This document shows positions 10,510-19,176 of a stretch of 64,000 nucleotides of DNA, in pieces. The stretch's first letter is position 1. Each line of letters opens with the position of its first letter. Origin of the DNA: Candidatus Eiseniibacteriota bacterium. GTDB lineage: Bacteria > Orphanbacterota > Orphanbacteria > Orphanbacterales > Orphanbacteraceae. The stretch lies in the NCBI GenBank assembly GCA_016930695.1, contig JAFGGD010000034.1, positions 135,375-199,374 on the forward strand. Direction: 5' to 3'. The notes beneath the pieces are model-generated. The model was not told where the DNA came from. It did no database searches and saw only the letters and a program-made list of their open reading frames with translations. Both the position numbers and the translations under genes were made by a program.

Positions 10510-11013
10510 TCAGTCCGATCCGACGATGTTGTCCGTGTCCTTGGTGATGATGGCCCCCTTGACGACCTTCGCGAAAAGCCGGTAGTTGCTGATGATCGTG
10601 TAAGGCGTGATGCCCCCGTCGTAGAGCAGCTGATAATCGCACCAGAGAGTCGTCGATCGGGGCATGCAGAAGCGGGCCAGGACCAGGCCGTCATTCAGAT
10701 CGTTGATGAACTCCAGTTTCTTGAGATCCGGGATGCTGGCCTTCATCGCCCACGGAGAAAAATAGGTGATCAGTTTCTTCTCCGCGTCGATCTTGATGTA
10801 AGAGATCAATCCCTCGTCATCGATCTTCAGATCTCCGTCCGAGTCGAACTCCGCCTTCAAGAACGCCGCGTCGAAAAACGTCTTGATCTTGTCCAGGGTG
10901 ACCTCCTCCTCGCTCAAGGGGACGGAGGGATCCGAGGCTTCCGCCGCGTGGGCGGCCATGACGAGAAACGGCACGACGAGGAGCAGGCTCTTCGGGAAAC
11001 TTCTTTTCCGCAC
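10510..11013 (-). CDS. Secreted YbjN-like (T3SS chaperone fold) protein
   Basis: GTG start with purine-rich SD; signal peptide ending AHA-AEA; 'DSDGDLKI...LEFINDLN...ARF...DYQLLYDGGIT' resembles YbjN. Confidence 0.65.
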   Translation of the reverse strand: MRKRSFPKSLLLVVPFLVMAAHAAEASDPSVPLSEEEVTLDKIKTFFDAAFLKAEFDSDGDLKIDDEGLISYIKIDAEKKLITYFSPWAMKASIPDLKKLEFINDLNDGLVLARFCMPRSTTLWCDYQLLYDGGITPYTIISNYRLFAKVVKGAIITKDTDNIVGSD

Positions 11014-11289
11014 GGTGGTCCCCTTTCCTGAAGAGAGGTTGCGGGCGGAGGACGGATTGTCGCTCGCGCGGACTATCCGCCGCGTCTCATACACGATTTC
11101 GCGCGCCGCGATCGGCCACAGGCGCCTTCCGCGAGTCACTCTTTTACAGCGTATCATAGGAAGGGGCGGACCTGTTTCGACTTTCCGGGAAGGGGGGGCG
11201 GTGGGGAAGGGGGAATCCGATTTCGATACCGATAAAGGCACCCTCACCCTCTCCCGCCATCCTCACCGCCGCCCCCCTTTCCCCCCGTC

Positions 11290-11318
11290 TTGACGCCGTC
11301 CGCGCGCGGGTCTACCAT
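11290..11318 (+). promoter_or_regulatory. Sigma70-like promoter
   Basis: TTGACG-N17-TACCAT upstream of ATG 11350. Confidence 0.6.
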
Positions 11319-11349
11319 CAATTCCCAACCGAACCGGGGGAACGAATCG

Positions 11350-12519
11350 ATGAAAAAGACCATGCGCGCTTTGGTTTTCGACAATGAGAGGGACGACTGG
11401 GAAGGATCCAAAGGGCTGCGTCTGGAAGACGTTCCCCGTCCCGTTTTACAAGAGCGAGAAGATCCCGCCGACGCCGAACAGGTCGTCGTTCGACCCATCT
11501 TCGCCGGTTTCTGCGGCTCCGACAGGAGCATCTGGCACCGCCGCGCCTTCGGCGAAAGCATCCTGCATTCCCTCGAAGCCGAGGGAAAGACCAAGCGCGT
11601 CATCGGCCACGAGATGCTCGGCGAGATCGTCGACGTCGGCACCCTGGCGGCCCGCAAATACGGTTACCGTCCCCGCGACATCGTCTCCACCGAATCCCAC
11701 ATCATCTGCGGCAAGTGCTTCCATTGCCGCACCGGCGAGACCCACATCTGCTCCGACGACATCATCATCGGCATCAGCCGCGACGGCTGCTTCGCCGAGC
11801 AGATCAAGCTCCCCGCCCAGACCCTCTGGCCCACGGACACCCGGCGTATCCGCCCCGAGGTGGGAGCCCTCCAGGAACCTTTCGGCAACGCCGTGCACGT
11901 CTCCACCAAGACCGACCTCAACGGCAAATCCGTCGCCGTCTTCGGCTGCGGCACCATCGGCCTCTTCACCATACTGATCGCCCACGCCCTCGGCGCGAGC
12001 CGCGTCATCGGCGTCGAGCCGGACAAGACCCACCGCGAGATGGCCCTCACGCTCGGCGCCGACGACGTCCTCTCCTTCGAGCCCGCCTCCGGGCCCGACT
12101 CCTGGAAGGCGGATCCGGAGGTGGTCGCCGAACTGAAAAGGATGTGTCCCCCCGAGGGCCCCGACGTCTGCATCGAGATGGCCGGCCCCAACGGTTCGGT
12201 GAACAACGCCCTCCGCTCCGTCCGGCGGGGCGGCGAAGTGATCCTCTTCGGCCTCAAGGCGGGTGACTTCACCATTCAGCGCCTCGACCGCACCATCATG
12301 GACGGCGTGACCATCCACACCGTCATCGGACGGCGCATCTTTCAGACCTGGTACATCACCAAGGGGCTCCTGGAGTCCAAGAACAACCGGATCCAGGAGA
12401 GGATCTGGGAGATCATCCTCCGCGAGGGGGACGGAACCGTCGTGGATCTGGCCGGCTTCGAGCCGGACGCCTTCGAGAAGAAGATCGACGGTAACCCGAA
12501 AATCTTACTTAAAATCTGA
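11350..12519 (+). CDS. Zn-dependent medium-chain dehydrogenase, L-threonine 3-dehydrogenase-like
   Basis: GFCGSD, GHE, structural Zn CGKCFHC..THIC, EPFGNAVH, Rossmann GCGTIG, IGRRIFQTW as in Tdh. Confidence 0.8.
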   Translation: MKKTMRALVFDNERDDWEGSKGLRLEDVPRPVLQEREDPADAEQVVVRPIFAGFCGSDRSIWHRRAFGESILHSLEAEGKTKRVIGHEMLGEIVDVGTLAARKYGYRPRDIVSTESHIICGKCFHCRTGETHICSDDIIIGISRDGCFAEQIKLPAQTLWPTDTRRIRPEVGALQEPFGNAVHVSTKTDLNGKSVAVFGCGTIGLFTILIAHALGASRVIGVEPDKTHREMALTLGADDVLSFEPASGPDSWKADPEVVAELKRMCPPEGPDVCIEMAGPNGSVNNALRSVRRGGEVILFGLKAGDFTIQRLDRTIMDGVTIHTVIGRRIFQTWYITKGLLESKNNRIQERIWEIILREGDGTVVDLAGFEPDAFEKKIDGNPKILLKI

Positions 12520-12564
12520 AGCGTCCGCCGCTCCGGGCGGCGAACCCCGCGTTCGTCGCGCGCC

Positions 12565-12595
12565 TTGACACGCCGGAGGCGCGCTTTGGTAGAAT
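12565..12595 (+). promoter_or_regulatory. Sigma70-like promoter with 19-bp spacer and extended -10
   Basis: TTGACA (12565-70), N19, TG-n-TAGAAT (12590-95). Confidence 0.5.
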
Positions 12596-12661
12596 ACCGG
12601 TCCATCCTTCGCCCCCCGGCGGAGCAGGATCGCCCCCGTACCGAACGGAAAGGAGCGCGTC

Positions 12662-13693
12662 GTGACGGAGTCGGCCCGCACACCCCGCGTAAACATCTGG
12701 TGGATGGCCTTCGGCTACTTCGCCTGTTACTGGCCGTACAGCGCCCTGGTCAAGGCGCTATCCAACGGGCTCCTCCCCGGCATGGACGGAGGCGTGGCCG
12801 GTCTCACTCTGCAGCCGCTCCAGGTGGCTTCGTCCCTGGTCGCCATGTTCATCTTCATCACCGCCATCGGATGGTGGAAATACCCGCACAAAAAAGAGGT
12901 TTTCGGCGGCGTTCGTATCCCCTTCCCGACGCTCTGGACCGCCCTCTCGGGAATCTGCACCGCCACGGTGATCGTCACCACCAACTTGGCTTACACCTTC
13001 AGCGGCGTCTCCATCGTCTTCGTCATGCTGCTCATGCGGGGCGGCGTGCTGATCCTCGGCCCCATCGTGGACACCATCACCGGCCGGAAGGTGCGTTGGT
13101 TTTCCGCCACCGGCATGCTGCTCAGCCTCGCGGCGCTGGTGGTCGCCTTCGCCGAGAAGGGGGGCTACGCGATCAGCGTTCTCTGCGCGATCGACATCGC
13201 CGCCTACCTGGCCGCCTATTTCGTCCGCTTCCAGTTCATGAGCCGGATCGCCAAGTCGGCGGACACCGCCACCAACATCCGCTACTTCGTGGAGGAGCAG
13301 ATGGTGGCCACTCCCTTCCTAATGGTGGTCCTCACGCTCCTGGCGCTGGTCGGCCGCGGGGAGATGATGGATCTGATTCGGCAGGGCTTCCACAACGTCC
13401 CGAAGGGGATCGTCGGATGGGTGATCCTCGCCGGCGTCTTCTCCCAGGGTACAGGTATCTTCGGCACGCTGATCTACCTGGATCGCCGGGAGAACACCTT
13501 CTGCATTCCCGTGAACCGTTCCTCGAGCATCCTGGCCGGCGTGCTCGCCTCCTTCACGCTGGCGATCCTCTTCGGGCAGTCGCCGCCGAGCGCGTTCAAG
13601 CTGATCGGCGCGGGGCTGATCATCGTGGCGATTCTCGTTCTCAGCCTTCCGCCCCTCCTCGCAAGGGGCCGGAGGAGTGGGGCCAACGTCTGA
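12662..13693 (+). CDS. Multi-pass membrane protein, DMT/EamA-like transporter
   Basis: About 10 hydrophobic segments in two halves; terminal 'KLIGAGLIIVAILVL' typical of DMT transporters. Confidence 0.65.
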   Translation: MTESARTPRVNIWWMAFGYFACYWPYSALVKALSNGLLPGMDGGVAGLTLQPLQVASSLVAMFIFITAIGWWKYPHKKEVFGGVRIPFPTLWTALSGICTATVIVTTNLAYTFSGVSIVFVMLLMRGGVLILGPIVDTITGRKVRWFSATGMLLSLAALVVAFAEKGGYAISVLCAIDIAAYLAAYFVRFQFMSRIAKSADTATNIRYFVEEQMVATPFLMVVLTLLALVGRGEMMDLIRQGFHNVPKGIVGWVILAGVFSQGTGIFGTLIYLDRRENTFCIPVNRSSSILAGVLASFTLAILFGQSPPSAFKLIGAGLIIVAILVLSLPPLLARGRRSGANV

Positions 13694-13705
13694 CGGAGGG
13701 GGAGG

Positions 13706-14773
13706 ATGAGCGGGTCCGACCGAGAGACCTCCGCGGAGACGCTGGAGAGGATCGCCCGCGCCCGTGAGAGGCTCGGCGACCGGGTTCTCGTCTTGGGGCA
13801 CCACTACGAACGGGATGACGTGCTCCGCTTCGCCGACCGGACCGGCGACAGCTTTCAGCTCGCCCGGGAGGCGGCCGAGGAGAAGGACCGCCCCTTCATC
13901 GTCTTCTGCGGCGTTCATTTCATGGCCGAGACGGCGGACATACTGACCGATGACGACCAGGCGGTGCTCCTCCCCGATTTGGAGGCGGGCTGTTCCCTCG
14001 CCGATTTCGCCGACGCGGAGCAGGTGGCTCTCTGTTGGGACGCGTTCGAGTCGGTCCGGCCGGCGCGCACCGTGCCGATCACCTACGTCAACTCCACCGC
14101 GGCGATCAAGGCGTTCTGCGGCGAGAGAGGCGGTCTCGCGTGCACCAGCGCCAACGCCCTCTCCGCCTTCCGTTGGGCGCTGGGGCGGGGGGAGAGGATC
14201 CTCTTCGTACCCGACGAGCACCTCGGCCGGAACACCGCCCGCTCCCTCGGAATCGGCGAAGAGGAGACGGCGGTATGGGATCCGGCGCGCACGGGGGGAG
14301 GGGTCGCCCCGGACCGCTTGGCCGGCGCGCGGGTGATCCTCTGGAAGGGGCGTTGCGACGTCCACACGCACTTCCGGCCGGAGCACGTCGACGCGGTTCG
14401 TCTCGCCCACCCCGGAATCCGTGTGATGGTCCATCCCGAATGCCCCGCCGAGGTGGTGGAGAGGGCGGACGCCTCCGGCTCGACGGGACAGATCATCCGC
14501 GCCGTTCGCGAAGGGGGGGCGGGGTTGACTTGGGCGATCGGAACGGAATGGCACCTGGTGAACCGCCTCGCCCACGCCTACGAGGACCGGAAGGTGATCA
14601 ATCTCACGACGGAGCCCTCCGTCTGCCCCACCATGAACCGGATCACGCCGAAAAAACTGCTCCATGTTTTGGAGCGCCTCCTGGAGGGGGAGGCGGTGAA
14701 CCGCATCGTCGTCCCGGCGGAAATCGCCCTCCCCGCCCGGAAGGCGCTGGACCGGATGCTCACCCTCGCCTGA
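13706..14773 (+). CDS. nadA: Quinolinate synthase
   Basis: LGHHY, GDSFQL, FCGVHFMAETA, AGCSLAD, TYVNS, CTSANA, HPEC, CPTM. Confidence 0.97.
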   Translation: MSGSDRETSAETLERIARARERLGDRVLVLGHHYERDDVLRFADRTGDSFQLAREAAEEKDRPFIVFCGVHFMAETADILTDDDQAVLLPDLEAGCSLADFADAEQVALCWDAFESVRPARTVPITYVNSTAAIKAFCGERGGLACTSANALSAFRWALGRGERILFVPDEHLGRNTARSLGIGEEETAVWDPARTGGGVAPDRLAGARVILWKGRCDVHTHFRPEHVDAVRLAHPGIRVMVHPECPAEVVERADASGSTGQIIRAVREGGAGLTWAIGTEWHLVNRLAHAYEDRKVINLTTEPSVCPTMNRITPKKLLHVLERLLEGEAVNRIVVPAEIALPARKALDRMLTLA

Positions 14774-14806
14774 CGCCCGCCGGCCCACCATTCCGGCGGG
14801 ATCCCG

Positions 14807-14835
14807 TTGCCCCTTCGCCGATCGCGCATTACAAT
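14807..14835 (+). promoter_or_regulatory. Sigma70-like promoter for fmdB-mtaB-miaB
   Basis: TTGCCC-N17-TACAAT. Confidence 0.55.
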
Positions 14836-14905
14836 AAAGGGTCGACGGCGGCGTGGACCGCGCCGTTTTTTTCGGTGCCGGCGATCGGCCGGACAGGGAG
14901 GAAGG

Positions 14906-15100
14906 ATGCCCATCTTCGAGTACCAATGCGACGACTGCGGGCACGTTTTCGACGCCCTCGTTTGGAAAGATGAAGAGGTGCGCTGCGAGAAGTGCGACGG
15001 CGCGCGCGTGCACCGTCGGATCACAGGCTTTTCCGTCAGCGGGGGCGGCGGGCGGCGCTCCGGCGGCGACGGCGGTTGCGCCCCCTCCGGCGGCGGGTGA
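14906..15100 (+). CDS. FmdB-family zinc-ribbon protein (may extend to 15118 via Sec read-through)
   Basis: SD GGAGGAAGG; MPIFEYQCDDCG...RCEKCDG, Gly/Ser-rich tail GGCAPSGGG-TGA. Confidence 0.9.
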   Translation: MPIFEYQCDDCGHVFDALVWKDEEVRCEKCDGARVHRRITGFSVSGGGGRRSGGDGGCAPSGGG

Positions 15101-15153
15101 GGCTCCCCGATCCGATGACCGGAGTTTCCGGTCCCGGCGAGGCGGGGGGAGCC
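15101..15153 (+). promoter_or_regulatory. Candidate bacterial SECIS hairpin
   Basis: Directly after in-frame TGA: lower stem GGCTCCCC/GGGGAGCC, upper stem GACCGGA/TCCGGTC, apical loop GTT with G at +24. Confidence 0.5.
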
Positions 15154-16443
15154 CGCGTATCGCTACACACCATCGGGTGCCGTCTCAACCAGGCGGAGAC
15201 GGCCCTTCTCGCCGACCGTTTCCGCGCGCGCGGTTGGCGCGTCGTCGGCCGGAACGATCCGGCCGACCTTTTCGTGGTGAACACCTGCTCGGTCACCCTC
15301 GGCAGCGAGGGGAAGTGCCGCCGCCTGATCCGTTTTCTCCGGAAGCGGTGCCCGGAGGCGCGGGTCGCCGCCACCGGCTGTTACGCCGAACTCGATCCGG
15401 AAGCCCTTCTGGCGATCGACGGCGTGGTGGTGGCGGTGGGGACGGCGGATAAGGCGCGCCTCCCGGAGCTGGCCGAGCGCGCTCTCGCCGGCGCCCCGCC
15501 CGCGGCCGTGCGCTCCCCCATCGAACGGGAACCCTTCACCGAAGAGGGGGCCGGCCTCTCCCTCTCCACGAGGGCGAACCTGAAGATCCAGGACGGCTGC
15601 GACGTCTTCTGCTCCTTCTGCGTCATCCCCTACGCCCGCGGGCGCTCGCGCAGCCGCCGCGCCGGGGACTGCCTGCGCGAGGCGCGGGATCTCGCCGCGC
15701 GGGGGCACCGCGAGATCGTCCTCTCCGGCGTCAACCTGGGTCTCTACCGGGACGACGGCGCCGACCTCGCCGGTTTGATCGAACGCCTCGAGGAGATCCC
15801 GGGGCTGGAGAGGATCCGGATCAGCTCCATCGAACCGATGAGCGTCAGCCCCGCGCTGGTGGCGCGCATGTCGTGCTCCGAAAAGCTCTGCCCCTACGTG
15901 CATGTGGTTCTCCAGAGCGGCGACGACGGCGTGCTCCGCGCCATGAACCGCCCCTACGGCGCGGGCGACTTCCGGCGCCTCCTCGAGACCTTTCTCGCCC
16001 GCGTGCCGGACCTGGGAATCGGCACCGACGTGCTGGTCGGTTTCCCCGGCGAGACGGACGCCGCTTTCCGCCGGACCCTGGCGATTCTGGAGGACTACCC
16101 CTTCGTCAACGTACATGTCTTCGCCTACTCCGAGCACGCCCGCACGCGCTCGGCGCGGCTCGACGAAAAGGTTCATCCCGAAACGATTCGGCGGCGGAGC
16201 GAGGATGCGCGCGCTCTCGGGCGGGCGAAGCGGCGCGCCTTTCACGGACGCTACCGGGGGGAGAGGCTGGAGACGCTCTTCGAGACGCGGGACCGCGCCG
16301 GGCGGTGGATCGGCCACGCGCCCAACTACGCACGCGTCGCCGCCCGGGACGACCGGGACCTCGCGAACCGGATCGTCGCGGTGCGGATCGACTCCTCGGA
16401 GAGAGACGGCGCGATCGGAACGGCGGAGGGGGACCTTCGTTGA
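15115..16443 (+). CDS. mtaB: tRNA t6A37 methylthiotransferase MtaB
   Basis: TIGCRLNQAE, VNTCSVT, TRANLKIQDGCDVFCSFCVIPYARGRSRS, RIRISSIEP, C-terminal TRAM-like region. Confidence 0.9.
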   Translation: MTGVSGPGEAGGARVSLHTIGCRLNQAETALLADRFRARGWRVVGRNDPADLFVVNTCSVTLGSEGKCRRLIRFLRKRCPEARVAATGCYAELDPEALLAIDGVVVAVGTADKARLPELAERALAGAPPAAVRSPIEREPFTEEGAGLSLSTRANLKIQDGCDVFCSFCVIPYARGRSRSRRAGDCLREARDLAARGHREIVLSGVNLGLYRDDGADLAGLIERLEEIPGLERIRISSIEPMSVSPALVARMSCSEKLCPYVHVVLQSGDDGVLRAMNRPYGAGDFRRLLETFLARVPDLGIGTDVLVGFPGETDAAFRRTLAILEDYPFVNVHVFAYSEHARTRSARLDEKVHPETIRRRSEDARALGRAKRRAFHGRYRGERLETLFETRDRAGRWIGHAPNYARVAARDDRDLANRIVAVRIDSSERDGAIGTAEGDLR

Positions 16444-17750
16444 AGGTTTATATAGAAACCTACGGTTGCCAGATGAACGAGGCGGACTCGGAGGTGGTGG
16501 CCCGTATACTGGCGGAGGAGGGGATCGGCGCGGCATCTTCCGCGGAGGAAGCGGACGCGGTTCTGGTGAACACGTGCGCCGTCCGCGCCGGCGCCGAGAA
16601 CCGGGTGCTCCAAAGGGTCGAGGACCTGAAGGCGATCCGCGCGCGGCGCCCCGGTTTCCTGGTCGGTGTTCTCGGCTGCGTCGCCCAGATTCGCAAGGAC
16701 GCGCTCCTCCGCCCGCCTTGGGACGCGGACCTGGCCGCCGGGCCGGACGCCTACCGCTCCATCCCCCGTCTCCTCGCCGAGGCGCGCGGGGGGAGGCGGG
16801 TCCGGGAGACCCGCCTTCTCCGGGTCGACGACTACGACCGGATCGATCCGGTCCGCCGCCCCGGCGCGAACGCCTGGGTGACGGTGACCCGCGGGTGCGA
16901 CAACTTCTGCGCCTACTGCGTCGTCCCATTCGCGCGCGGCCGGGAGAGAAGCCGCTCCCCCGAATCGATCCTTCGCGAGGTGCGCCGCGCCGCCGCGGAG
17001 GGATTTCGCCAGGTCACCCTCCTCGGACAGAACGTCAATTCCTACCGGAGCGGCGACGCCGACTTCGCCGCCGTTCTCCGCGCCGCCTGCCGCGTGCCGG
17101 GCATTCTACGGGTTCGTTTCACGTCGCCCCACCCGAAGGATTTCCCGGACGAGCTCCTCGCCGCCATCGCCGGGGAGCCGGCCGCATCTCCCCATGTCCA
17201 CCTCCCCCTCCAATCGGGGAGCGATCCCGTGCTGGAGAGGATGGGCCGCGGCTACGGCCGCCGGGATTACCTGGCGCTGGTGGGGCGTATTCGGGCCGCC
17301 GTGCCGGAAGCGGCGCTCACCACCGACGTCATCGCCGGATTCCCGGGCGAGAGGGAGGAAGACTTCCAAGCCACTCTCGACGTGATGGAGGAGGTGCGCT
17401 TCCACTCCGCATTCACCTTCGCCTACTCCGTGCGCCGCCCCTCCATCGCCGCCCGCCGCTACGCAGACGACGTGCCGGAACCGGTCAAGAGGGAGAGGGT
17501 GGAACGTCTGGTGGAGGTGGAGCGCCGCATCTCCCGGGAGAGACTGGAGGAAGAGGTGGGGAACAGGGTAGAGGTGCTGGTGGAGAGGCGGAGCCGGAAA
17601 TCGGCGCGGGACGCCTTCGGGCGCACGCCCGGCGGGAGCGGCGTCGTCTTCCCCGCCCCGGAGGCCGCTCCCGGGGACCTTGTCCGGGTACTCGTGGAGA
17701 GGGCCACCACGCACACTCTGATCGGTAAAATCGCCCCCGCCGACGGATAA
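16440..17750 (+). CDS. miaB: tRNA i6A37 methylthiotransferase MiaB
   Basis: TTG start overlapping the mtaB stop; YIETYGCQMNEADSE, GCDNFCAYCVVPFARGRERSR, TLLGQNVNSY, RFTSPHP, TRAM. Confidence 0.95.
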   Translation: MKVYIETYGCQMNEADSEVVARILAEEGIGAASSAEEADAVLVNTCAVRAGAENRVLQRVEDLKAIRARRPGFLVGVLGCVAQIRKDALLRPPWDADLAAGPDAYRSIPRLLAEARGGRRVRETRLLRVDDYDRIDPVRRPGANAWVTVTRGCDNFCAYCVVPFARGRERSRSPESILREVRRAAAEGFRQVTLLGQNVNSYRSGDADFAAVLRAACRVPGILRVRFTSPHPKDFPDELLAAIAGEPAASPHVHLPLQSGSDPVLERMGRGYGRRDYLALVGRIRAAVPEAALTTDVIAGFPGEREEDFQATLDVMEEVRFHSAFTFAYSVRRPSIAARRYADDVPEPVKRERVERLVEVERRISRERLEEEVGNRVEVLVERRSRKSARDAFGRTPGGSGVVFPAPEAAPGDLVRVLVERATTHTLIGKIAPADG

Positions 17751-17752
17751 GG

Positions 17753-17781
17753 TTGATTCCACGCTCCGATTGTGTTATGGT
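17753..17781 (+). promoter_or_regulatory. Sigma70-like promoter (extended -10)
   Basis: TTGATT-N17-TATGGT with TG-n extension. Confidence 0.5.
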
Positions 17782-17918
17782 ACATCAGATTGCGTCGAGG
17801 CCGCTCGACCCCGGCCCGGGCAGCGCTTTTCCCTCCCACGGGGCGGCCCCAGCGCGTTCGCACAATCCATCCCCTTGCGCGATCATTCTCCCCGTCGGAA
17901 AGTCGAGGAAGTGGAGAA

Positions 17919-18113
17919 GTGATTCAAAAAAATCATCCAGACGAGACCGTCATCAATCCGTCGCGGATTGAGGAGAAGTCGACGCCCAGCGGCGAATACC
18001 GCTGCGTCGTCTGCGGAATGCGCTATTCCGTGGAGGACTACGCCGACCTCTGCTGCAAGCCGATCGCCGGGATCGAAAACCTCGGTGGTCGGCGCCAGCA
18101 TCGGTGGCGCTAG
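17919..18113 (+). CDS. Small (64 aa) putative zinc-finger protein
   Basis: GTG with GGAG SD; YRCVVCGMRYSVEDYADLCC (CxxC-x12-CC); flanked by a promoter and a strong terminator. Confidence 0.6.
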   Translation: MIQKNHPDETVINPSRIEEKSTPSGEYRCVVCGMRYSVEDYADLCCKPIAGIENLGGRRQHRWR

Positions 18114-18141
18114 AGAAAGCGCCGCCCCAAGCCTCGCGCCC

Positions 18142-18184
18142 GCGGGGGAGGAGATCACGCCCGATCCCCTTCCCCGCTTTTTTT
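18142..18184 (+). terminator. Rho-independent terminator
   Basis: GCGGGGGAGGAGATC/GATCCCCTTCCCCGC stem followed by T7. Confidence 0.8.
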
Positions 18185-18334
18185 CTCGAGAATCGTCTTC
18201 CGAAGCTTCTTGATCGACGTACTCCGAATCTCTCACCTGCTTTTTCGAGGCCGCGGACCACCAAGCGCAACGCTCCCTCTCGATACCGGATTCTTTTCGA
18301 ACACGGCAAGGAGGTATCGGGTACGAATAGTCAT

Positions 18335-18363
18335 TTGACATCAAAACATTCGCTGTTTATATT
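18335..18363 (+). promoter_or_regulatory. Near-consensus sigma70 promoter with no obvious downstream gene
   Basis: TTGACA-N17-TATATT. Confidence 0.7.
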
Positions 18364-18369
18364 CCTCAG

Positions 18370-18680
18370 GAAGTCCACCGCTGGATCGGGGATTCTGCCG
18401 CGCAGGATCTCTCGGGACACAAGGAGGTGAAGACCACCGCCGTTCTGTGCGTTTTCGCAATCGTGTTTTACAGCTTCCTTTGATCTGCATGGACATGGCG
18501 ATTAACGGGCAGAATTCCCCGTCGGGCAAGTTGGTCGCGATCACCGTTCGGACGAAATCCGGTAAGACCGGGTTTGGGCCATCCGGTATGCATCGGGAGG
18601 GGTGCGTAGGCGTAGACAGAGGTACTCTTTCCTGTGCGGTCGTGGAAGAGGACGCGCCCCCCTTCCCCAGAATCCCCTAA
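18370..18680 (+). ncRNA. Candidate structured RNA, possibly encoding an 18-aa hydrophobic peptide
   Basis: Own promoter; GGGGATTCTG (18388-97) perfectly complementary to CAGAATCCCC (18668-77); several internal hairpins; ORF 18427-18483. Confidence 0.3.
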
Positions 18681-18705
18681 CCCCGGATCCCCGCCCCCTT
18701 TCCGC

Positions 18706-18734
18706 TTGACCCTTCGCGCGCCCCTCCCTATAGT
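18706..18734 (+). promoter_or_regulatory. nuo operon promoter
   Basis: TTGACC-N17-TATAGT upstream of nuoA. Confidence 0.65.
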
Positions 18735-18822
18735 CCAATCCGATCGGCGGGCATCGAATCGGAGGGTGCGGCGCGCCCCGGCGGCCGCGGTTCCGTCAAG
18801 TCGTGCGGGGAAACCTTTCTCA

Positions 18823-19176
18823 ATGAATCCCTATATTCCCCTTCTCATCGTCGTCGCGCTGGCACTCGCCATACCGGCCGCGCTCCTGTTCGTCTCCTTC
18901 CTCGTCGGACCCCGGCGCCGGGAGAGGGAGAAGGCGGAGCCCTATGAATGCGGCATCCCCCAAACCGCACCGCCGCGCGATCCCGTTCCGGTCAAATACT
19001 ACTTGGTCGCGGTGCTCTTCCTCCTCTTCGACGTGGAGGCGGTCTTCCTCTTCCCGTGGGCGGCGATCTACCGCCGGCTCGGCCTCTTCGGCCTGATCGA
19101 GATGTCGATCTTCCTGGGGATGCTCGTCCTCGGCCTGATCTACGTGTGGAAACGGGGGGCGCTCGAGTGGGACTGA
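18823..19176 (+). CDS. nuoA: NADH-quinone oxidoreductase subunit A
   Basis: PYECG, YYLVAVLFLLFDVE, KRGALEWD. Confidence 0.96.
   Translation: MNPYIPLLIVVALALAIPAALLFVSFLVGPRRREREKAEPYECGIPQTAPPRDPVPVKYYLVAVLFLLFDVEAVFLFPWAAIYRRLGLFGLIEMSIFLGMLVLGLIYVWKRGALEWD

Noticed and set aside
7900..11300. Minus-strand three-gene block as a possible genomic island
   Set aside because: No integrase, transposase, tRNA or flanking direct repeats seen.
18360..18400. AGGAAGTCC resembling the RNase P RNA GAGGAAAGTCC motif; also considered tmRNA, SRP RNA and cobalamin riboswitch
   Set aside because: Motif imperfect, and the 3' RNase P consensus, tRNA-like ends, SRP helix-8 motif and B12 box are all absent.
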